DNA from: the human T2T-CHM13v2.0 reference genome, Homo sapiens
Assembly (NCBI RefSeq): GCF_009914755.1
Contig: NC_060925.1
Length of the DNA stretch: 64,000 nucleotides
Reading direction: 5' to 3' (one strand)
Below are positions 54,660 to 64,000 of the stretch, piece by piece. A program made the position numbers and the translations under genes. Below the pieces are notes generated by a model. That model saw only the letters and a list, made by a program, of their open reading frames with translations, was not told the DNA's origin and did not search any database. Position 1 is the stretch's first letter. Every line of letters begins with the position of its first letter.

Positions 54660-55045
54660 TGCTATGGCTTGAATGTGCATCTCCAAACTCATGATAAAAC
54701 CTAAGACCCAATGTGATCGTTTTAACAGGTGGAACTTTTGGGGAAGTGATTAAGTCATGAGGGATCCACCCTCATGAATGGGATTAGTGCCCTTATAAAA
54801 GAGGTTGAAGGGAGAGCGCTAGTCTCTTTTGCCCTTCTGTCTTGTGAGGACAGAGCTTTCATCCCTTCCCCCATGTGAGGACGCAGCAAGAAGGCACCAT
54901 CTTGAAAGGGGAGAGCAAGCAGACATTGAATCTGATGGTGGCTAGATCTTGAGCTTCCCAGCCTCCAGAACTGTGAGAAAGAAATTTCCATAATTTATAA
55001 ACTAGTGAAAGTATTTTGTTATAGCAGCAGGAACAGACTAAGACA
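54660..55045 (+). mobile_element. MaLR solo LTR (MSTD/MLT1A-like) inserted in L2-like sequence
   Basis: tgctatggcttgaatgt...atgggattagtgcccttataaaagagg...cagactaagaca; near-TSD tcacc/gcacc. Confidence 0.85.
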
Positions 55046-55378
55046 GCACCTGTGCAACCCTCCAGCCAAAAACTGAAGGTGGCTTCAGCGGTAGCATGGC
55101 AGTGGGGCTGGACAGAAGTTAAGGGATTGTAGAGGAATTAAAGTAGCAGAATTGCCAGGACTGGATGACTGCCAGGATGTGGGTGAGGGGTGTGAGATAG
55201 GGGGCGGCTTGTTTTCTGCTTGTCGGGGCATGGGTCTCTGATCCCCTGGGCTGCCTCTGCACTATGTAATTACCATGGGCCACGGACCCATAACCAAAAT
55301 CATCTAGGAAATTAGGCCATTATACTGAAAGTTTTGGGGGCCTTGGAAATATGTTTCTGCTGGGTTATGTATGACTGA

Positions 55379-55739
55379 TTTTTATTGGTAGGGAAGTTGG
55401 AGGAGCTATCCACAGTCATCTCGAAGAAGGACCAATGTAATGAAAACTCATTTTAAAAGCTGAAATTATATATTTTATATATATACACACACATACATAT
55501 GTATATATATAAATATATATTATATCAAATATAAAAACATATAATATATAATACTATTGGTATAGTGTTATATATTCTATAAGACTATATTATAGAATAT
55601 ATAAAATATATAATAAGTATCATTAACATAATATAAATAATTTCAGCTTTTAAAAGCCTCAGTAAAATGAGTTTCCATTACATTGGTCTTTCTATGAGGT
55701 AATTGTGGATAACTTCTTCAACTTCTCCACCAATAAAAA
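55379..55739. repeat. ~90-bp inverted repeat around an AT-rich spacer
   Basis: Arms 55379-55469 and 55637-55739; about 12 substitutions and one 12-nt indel. Confidence 0.9.
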
Positions 55740-55961
55740 CTAGTACTGAAAGGATTACATATATATATATATTATATATACAGATATATATGTATGCGTT
55801 TGTGTATGTGTATTCACTTTAAAATGTTTCCCTTGTATCTACTTGACATGCACATTCAACAGGCATTTGTGTTGCACTTGTAACTGGATTAGCAGTGGCA
55901 GTAATATCCTTATTACCATCTATCTTTTAAAATCCACTTGTCTTTTCTCATGATTCTTTAG

Positions 55962-56144
55962 AAATCACCTGTCGCAAGCCAGATGTTTCACATGGGGAAA
56001 TGGTCTCTGGATTTGGACCCATCTATAATTACAAAGACACTATTGTGTTTAAGTGCCAAAAAGGTTTTGTTCTCAGAGGCAGCAGTGTAATTCATTGTGA
56101 TGCTGATAGCAAATGGAATCCTTCTCCTCCTGCTTGTGAGCCCA
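55962..56144 (+). CDS. C4BPA: C4BPA exon 7 (CCP4)
   Basis: (K)ITCRKPDVSHGEMVSGFGPIYNYKDTIVFKCQKGFVLRGSSVIHCDADSKWNPSPPACEP. Confidence 0.97.
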
Positions 56145-56639
56145 GTAAGTATGGACTGTGACGGAATTTCAATGTTTGGCATCTAAAGGTACCCCGTACT
56201 GTTAATACGGGTATACTTGCATGCATAGGCCTACTATGAATTACAGTAAAAATTTACATCTAGATCAATAATTTCCTTTATTTTATTCTTGTTGGAAAGA
56301 AGAATGATTTTAGTGCACTCTGCAAGGTCATATATTGTCACACAAAACTGCCACATACCACAAGACTGTGCACATTCCAACCTTAAAGGGAGGTGTTAAC
56401 ATTGTAGATACTATGGATTTGTATATTTATTTCAATAATTTTATGGAATTTGATAGAAAATTGTCTTATTCTAACAAAATCATTATATTATTATAATTAC
56501 TTTGAAAGACAAATAATAAATTGTCCTGAGGAAAAATGCCTTTTATAACTTGTACAAAAGTATTGTGTGAACTGGTTATGATTCCAACACTCTGAAGTTA
56601 TAAACTCGTGGATTATTAAAAATAATGACAATAGTAATA

Positions 56640-56800
56640 ATGATAACTTGGCACTAGACTAGGTGCATAACAAGGATTAACTCAACAAATCCTCCCAACA
56701 ATTGTGGGCACTATGATTATCCTTATGTTACAGATGAGAAACTGTTCACAGAGGTTAAAAGACTTGCTCAAGGTTATACAACTGGTAAGAGAAGGAAGCC
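56640..56800 (-). mobile_element. MIR
   Basis: ttacagatgagaaactg...agaggttaaaagacttgctcaaggttatacaactggtaag. Confidence 0.75.
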
Positions 56801-56829
56801 ACTGATGCCTTGTGCTCTAAGTTTTGCCC

Positions 56830-59800
56830 TCACGAAATGTCAAGAACTTCTGGGGATTTCTGGAGCAGTGGTGGAGGAGTTTGGGGAAACCTCTCTCCTG
56901 AAGAGGTATCCACCAAGCTGGTCAAAATTAGCAAAGAAAACCATTCAAAGTCTCTGGAGAGTGATCAAAGGGATTACAACAAACCGAGAAGCATTTATTC
57001 AGCAAAAATATGGAGACTTGATAGGAACAGTGGGAGGACATTGCATTAGAACTAGGGGCTGCAACAGCTCTACCTTGCGGGAGGATGTTTTCTGTGGGCT
57101 CATCCCACAAGTGGCAATTCCCATCTTCTCCAGCTCCCTGGGGTAAAAAAGTTATTTGGGGTGGATTTGGCAGCCAGTGAAAATTACATGACAGTATTTT
57201 TCAAAGATCCATGCTGTGGAAGTCGAATATTGAATCGGTGCCAGCAAACATGCATCAGTGTCTGTTCCTTCACCCCCAACTCCGATTATATGGGGAGGAT
57301 CTAAGTGGGGCAGCTGGTAAGAAGTCAGTCCCCCCTTTTTCATGGCTCTATGTTGCACGAGAACTATTCCAGTTGGCTCAGCAGCCAAGTGGCATCTCCC
57401 ATCTTCCCCAGCTTCCTAGAATGGAAGAACTATTATGGGTAGGTTGACAGCTATGAATATTGGCAGTTATTATTCTCCCCAGCTCTGCGCTGTGGAATAT
57501 GTGTACTTGGTGGTGGGCGCAGCTGGGTGGCAGTGCCAGTTCCTACTTCCCCCTTTTCTCTTCTCACAGCTCCTACACCATAAGAAGAACTCTAGTGCAG
57601 TGCCTGGGAAAGAATGAGTTTTCTAAATTCCCCCAGCTCCTGATCTATAGGACAGACATTCTTCCAGGGCAGATTTGGAGCAAGCTTCAAAGACTGTAAA
57701 CACTCTGCCCCTTTCAAGGAACTTTAATTGGATTAGACTGTGAAGCATATTATGCCCCAGGGAGTTGCTGAAAAAAGTAGAACAATCAGATAAAGATTGC
57801 TGGAGGCCAATGGTTGTATGTAATACCAACAGAGGTAGACCACCCAAAGTCTCAATGAGAAAGAGACAGTCAAAGAGAAAACCACAGTTATCTCTGGCAG
57901 TTAAAAAGACTGTGTACATGCCCAAGTCTGTGCTGTCTGAGGCATGCTGTTAGATGTTGCACACTTTGAAGGAAACAGACTTAACTGAACTAGTCCAATT
58001 ATGTCACTAAACAAACAAGAAAATGAGGAAACAACAACAGATCCCAAAGGTGGTAAGGGAGAATCAATATCCAAAGTTGCTGCAATGTATTATCTAACAT
58101 GTTCTGTTTTCAAAAAAAAAATTGTCAGATGTGCAAAGAAACAGGAAAGAGTGACCCATGTAAAGGGAAAAAGCCAACAATAGAAACTGTTTTTGAGGGA
58201 GCCCAGAGAATGGACTTAGCAGGAAAGTTCAAAGAATCACAAAGCAGCTATTATAAATATGTCCCAAGAACTAAAGGAAACAATATTTAAAGAATTAAGC
58301 AAATGTATTATGACAGTTTTATCAAATAGAAAATATTGATAAAGATAGAAATTATTTTAAAAAGAAATGGAAATTCTAGAGTTGAAAAACACAGTAAGTA
58401 AAATGAAAAATTCAAAAGAGGAACTCAACAGTAGATTTGAGTTGGAAAAAGAATCAGTGAATTTGAAGATAAATTGAGATTATGCAATTTGAAGCACAGA
58501 GATGAAAAGAATGAGGAAAAATAAATGGCATCAGAGAAATGTGGGACACCATTAAGTGTACCAACATATGTATAATGAGAGTCCCAGAAAGATGAGAGAA
58601 AGAGAAAGGAGATAAAAACCTATACAAAGGAAAAATGGCTGAAAATATCACAAATTTGACCAAAAAAAAAAAAAAACCCAAACAAAAGAACAAAACAACA
58701 CATTAATCTACATATCCAAGAAGCTTGTTGAACTCAAGTAGGATATTGCAAAAAGGTCTAGACCTTGAGACATTATAATCAAAATGTTGAAAACCAAGAA
58801 TGAAGAGAAAATCTTGAAAGCAGCAAGAGAAGAGCAACGCATCATGTACAATGTAACCCCAGTAAGATTAACATCTGATTCCTTATCAGAAAGAATGGAG
58901 GCTAGAAAGCAGCTAGATGACACATTCAAAGTGCAGAAAGATAAAAACCTCAACCAAGAATCCAACAACATATTTTGCACTTACATATATTACAAACTGC
59001 ACAATAAATTTTTATAATTATTGTTTTATATAATTTCATGTTTCATGTCTTTTATAGTAGCTGAGAGAAGAAAGGAGGGCAAGTATATATTTAGAGAGTT
59101 TATTATGTTAATCTTCTTATTCTTCATTTCTGGCGCTCTTTATTTCTTCCTGTAGATTCAAGTTACCATCTGGTGTCATTTCTGTACTATAATACAGCTT
59201 TGTTCCCTCCTACCTTTCTTGTGATGTTATTGTCAAATATATTGCATTTCTGTATGTTATAGGCTTAATAATGCAATTATATACATATTGTTTTATGCAA
59301 TTGCTGTTTAAATCAGCTAAGAGAAGGAAGGAGTAGTAATATATATTATACTGTGGTTCAAATTACTGACATAATGACCTCTGCTGATGCTCATTGTTTT
59401 ACTGTGTGGATTCAAATTACCGTCTGGTGTCAATTGCTTTCAGTCTGAACAATTTCCTTTAGCATTTCTTGTAAGGATAGCCTTCTAGTAACAATCAGAT
59501 ACCACTTCACATCCAGCAGTATGGCTGTAATAAAAAAGATAGACAATAACAAATGTTGGTGAGGATGTGGAAAAATTAGAACTCTCATACACTGCTAATA
59601 GGAATGTAAATTGGTGCAACCATTTTGGAAAAGAGTTTTTGCAGTCCTGCTGAAGTTTAACCATGGAGTTACCATATGACTCTAATTACCCTCCTGGGTA
59701 TCTACCCAAGATAAATGAAAACATATGTCCACACACAAAAATTTTACATGAAGATTCATAGCAGCATTATTCATAATAGCCAAACAACCCAAATGCCCAT

Positions 59801-60232
59801 CAAATGAATAATGAATAAACAAAAAGTGGTTTATCCATAAAATAGATTATATCATTTGGCAATAAAAATGAAAAATAAAAAGTACTAATGTATGCTACAA
59901 CATGGATGAAACTTGAAAATATTATGCTAACTGAAATAAGCCAGTCACAAAAAGTACATGTATTGTGTGATTCCATTTATTTAAAATGCTCAGATTAGGC
60001 AAATCCATAAAGAAAAAAATAGATTAGTGGTTGTCAGGACCTAGGGGGAGGTGGAAATAGGGAGTGACTGATAATGAATATGAGGTTTCTTCTTGGGTTG
60101 ATAAAAATATTCTGAAATTAGTTAATGGTGATGGTTGCACAACTCTGTATATACTAAAAACCATTGAATTGCACATTCTAAATGGGTGAATTTATTTGTT
60201 GTGACTTTAATCTGAATAATGCTGTTAAAAAA
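56830..60232 (+). mobile_element. Old rearranged L1: probable 5' region, ORF1 relic, inverted block, ORF2 end and 3'UTR
   Basis: 58784-58960 translates KILKAAREEQRIMYNVTPVRLTSDSLSERMEARKQ (L1 ORF1p-like); 59494-60232 is an L1M 3' end; left boundary uncertain. Confidence 0.8.
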
Positions 60233-60795
60233 GAACTTTTATATTCCATTTCAATAATCATCCAACGTGGTAGATGTTTGCATTATATTTTCATATCATA
60301 TGAATCAGTAGCATTGGGAAAGAGAGAAGAGGACAAGATCCAAGGCCCAGGCTCAAAAAATGTTTGGAGCTTGGTTTTTTTCTTGCCAAGTCATTCCTGG
60401 TATCATCTGGATGAGGGGAACGGCTCCTGTTTATTTTCCCCAATCAATCAGTAAACATAGTTAGATTTGTTTGTGACAGTTTTCCTGCCATGCTTCAGTT
60501 CAGAAACTAAAATCTCTGAAATGTAAAGAAGAGGAATGAGAATTAAAATTATTATACTTGGCACAGCACATGGAAACCACTTGGGAGTGCCCTTAGTGAA
60601 GAGCCTCTCTGGAGGTGTGCACATTTGAGCGAATGTCCATGTGTGTTTTCTGGTGTGGTTGATACATCAGGCCTTGCAGGCTGGTTCCAGGCTGAATGAA
60701 CGTATGACCCCCTTTGATAGGACAGGCTTATTGACTGCTGTGGCAGCCCTAGTAATAGCGTCCTTTTGTTCTTCTTCTTCTTCTTTCATGAGTAG

Positions 60796-60990
60796 ATAGT
60801 TGTACTAATTTACCAGACATTCCACATGCTTCCTGGGAAACATATCCTAGGCCGACAAAAGAGGATGTGTATGTTGTTGGGACTGTGTTAAGGTACCGCT
60901 GTCATCCTGGCTACAAACCCACTACAGATGAGCCTACGACTGTGATTTGTCAGAAAAATTTGAGATGGACCCCATACCAAGGATGTGAGG
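60796..60990 (+). CDS. C4BPA: C4BPA exon 8 (CCP5)
   Basis: (N)SCTNLPDIPHASWETYPRPTKEDVYVVGTVLRYRCHPGYKPTTDEPTTVICQKNLRWTPYQGCE. Confidence 0.97.
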
Positions 60991-61990
60991 GTGAGTTTTT
61001 GTTTTTTAATATTTTTGTATATTAAATGTCCAGTATGTGCTAGGATTCTCTACCTTAAATGAATATAATTTTATCCCTCACAACAAGTTTAGAATTAAGT
61101 TAATTCAACAGATTAGTAAACTGTTAGTGCCAGAAGGGGACCATAAACATGTTACAGTTTGAGGCACTGAGAAATTGTAACCTTTCCTTATCCCAGTTCA
61201 GAATCAAATGAGAAGTAGACACAGAAGTCAAACATTATGCAGATTATGTATTAGTTTTCTTACTGGTAAAACTAGAATGGAGAATACAGCTCAACTATTG
61301 TCAGAGTCAGGCTTCCTTCATAGCCCTTACCTCCCCAGTATGGGCTTTGGGGTGTTTGGCAGAAGACAAGTTTGTGAAACAGTCATGAGCGTAACCAGCT
61401 GCAGGGTGACTTGTGTCTCATGTCTCTTGAACCATGAGATGGCAGGGCTTCCTGATCTGCCTCTAGAAGACAAATCCTGACTCGTGACTGAGTATTCTCA
61501 CTTCGTAAGGATAGAAAGGAGACTTCCTCCAGTTTCTCTGGTAGGAGACGCACCTCTTTTATTTGTGGAAATGAATGAGGGACTGAACGACAAGTGGATA
61601 CTATATTATGAGCCTCAGTGGAACAGACAAGAGAGGAAGAAAATGCTTTCTTCTATCCATCTATCAGAACCTTGCCACTTTAGAGGTGAAGACACTGAGG
61701 CCAAGAATACAGGGAATTTTATGCTGCATATCAGAATTTCAACAATCTGTGAAATGCATAAATAATGAAAAGTGGTAGTTTAGATCAACCTGTCAGAAGA
61801 TTACTTATTTCATATTAAGACTTAACAAAGTTTAATTGCAGTTATTCAGACTCATTTTGGGGAAATAGAATAAAAGATTTTAATAAAAGGACTGAATTAA
61901 AAATATACTTAATAAAACTTACCGCCATTACTTAAATAACAAAAAGTATTGCTTATAAATGTTTAAAAACCTCCTTTATAGTTGTATTTA

Positions 61991-62274
<284 letters not shown>

Positions 62275-62731
62275 TTACATTTATTTGATCCCCTATGATC
62301 TTATTGATTTAATTATTTAATAAAGAATATTTTTAACCATTTTAAAAGCAGAAGTGAAGTAGTATTTATCCAAGTTATGAAACCTGATCAAATGTGAATT
62401 TAGACTCATGACTTACATATTTAAAAGTATTTTCTGCGCTGCAAAGCATTTCATAAATATTATTGTTGTTTTAATATCCAAACCATATGATTGCTGAATA
62501 TTTTTATTATAATTCCTAAACAAATGAGCACTGGAAGTGTTTGAGTATGTCCAAAAGACCCCATTTTAATACTGGTCGAGTTACTGACATGGAGAATGTA
62601 ATATTTTATTCTGTTTTGATGTTTTCTCTTACATCAGACAATAGCAAGTTTTTTCTTAAAGTATTTCTACTAATGAATAAAAAAATATGTCCCTATAGCA
62701 GCTCTTACTGTATTAAAAAATTAAAGAATTT

Positions 62732-63015
62732 GGCCAGATGTGGTGGCTCACATGTGTGACCCCAGCACTTTGGGAGGCCGAGGTGGGGGGCCACTTGAGG
62801 CCAGGAGTTTGAGATCAGCCTGGGTAACATAGTGAGACCCCTTGTCTACCAAAAAATTAAAAACTTAGTGGGTGTGGTGGCACACACCTGTAGTCCCAGC
62901 TACTCAGGAGGCTTAGGTGGGAGAATTGCTTGAGCCCAGGAGTTTGAGACTGTAGTGAGCCATAATTGTGCCCTGTACTCCAGCCTAAGTGATAAAGCAA
63001 TATCTTGCCATTTAA
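62732..63015 (+). mobile_element. AluJ-like element
   Basis: Diverged dimeric Alu. Confidence 0.9.
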
Positions 63016-63254
63016 ATGGCTATTTCTCTCAAATTTTGCATCAAAAAAGAAAAATCCTTGAAATAAGCAGTAATTTAAATTTTTTCGTATGCTTTAGCTC
63101 TTAGGTGGATATAAACTTTTGAAAACTTTCTTCTTCCTTGTGACTTGAGAAGTATAAGTTAATAGAGAGTTTAATAATGAAGCCATAAGTAAATGGATGT
63201 TGTTTGTCATTGCCCTTGAATAATTTTGAAAATTTACATTTTCATATTGGTTAA

Positions 63255-63404
<150 letters not shown>

Positions 63405-63653
63405 TAAGTTTAATCCAACTTTTCATTTTGGAGGCTCCTAATGAAATGCTTAGTTGGAAGGAAATAACTGGATTAGAGGACTTTAGCAAATAAGGGGGGA
63501 AAGAGCAGACTTGGAGTGTCTTGGGTCTCCCTTTCTGTTTCCCCAATCTCTCTTCAGTGGTGAGATCGTCCAAAGATGGAAATGAGGTTGTTAGCCATAG
63601 AAGCTTCCTCATGGTGATTTTACTAACCATGCACCTCACATTTTATTTTTCAG

Positions 63654-63842
63654 CGTTATGTTGCCCTGAACCAAAGCTAAATAATGGTGAAATCACTCAA
63701 CACAGGAAAAGTCGTCCTGCCAATCACTGTGTTTATTTCTATGGAGATGAGATTTCATTTTCATGTCATGAGACCAGTAGGTTTTCAGCTATATGCCAAG
63801 GAGATGGCACGTGGAGTCCCCGAACACCATCATGTGGAGACA
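63654..63842 (+). CDS. C4BPA: C4BPA exon 9 (CCP6); gene continues beyond window
   Basis: (A)LCCPEPKLNNGEITQHRKSRPANHCVYFYGDEISFSCHETSRFSAICQGDGTWSPRTPSCGD; donor gtaaga. Confidence 0.97.
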
Positions 63843-64000
63843 GTAAGAGTTCATAGAATTATCTTATTCTGGGAGTTTCTTCATATCAGTGTGATGGAGA
63901 TTATTAAGAGAAGGTTTAAAATTAGGTAAAAAAATTCATATACCTTGCATGATTCTTGGAATGGGTCCAACTTTCTCCTTCTTCCTCATTGTGTGTTCCC

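Noticed and set aside
58784-59017. ORF with L1 ORF1p similarity as a domesticated gene
   Set aside because: Short fragment among stops and frameshifts in a decayed L1
60790-60795. GAGTAG tandem acceptor at C4BPA exon 8
   Set aside because: GAG acceptors are rarely used, and the TAG acceptor reproduces the known protein

Overview
Human (or near-identical primate) genomic DNA from the start of the regulators-of-complement-activation cluster (1q32). All three genes are on the + strand. (1) The 3' end of PFKFB2 has two internal exons and two mutually exclusive terminal exons: the ...RMRRNSF...RPRNYSV...EGAD tail with a ~5.5 kb 3'UTR, and a downstream ...VRRRPSAASLMLPC tail. (2) C4BPB is complete: 6 coding exons summing to 759 nt = 252 aa. 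(3) C4BPA runs from its promoter through exon 9 (CCP6) and continues past the window end. Introns and intergenic DNA are rich in Alu, L1, L2, MIR, LTR and hAT elements, and most ORF-track entries are repeat-derived noise. I see no evidence of a new biological system. The most notable items are: a 9x49-bp array inside a MER1A element whose units can all pair with one downstream arm; two long intronic inverted repeats in C4BPA; a 39-codon uORF in C4BPA exon 1; tail-to-tail Alus sharing one target site; a self-complementary minisatellite in the PFKFB2 3'UTR; and a Thr300 allele of C4BPA. Gene identities are recognised from translated exons. Repeat subfamily names and most repeat boundaries are by eye and approximate.
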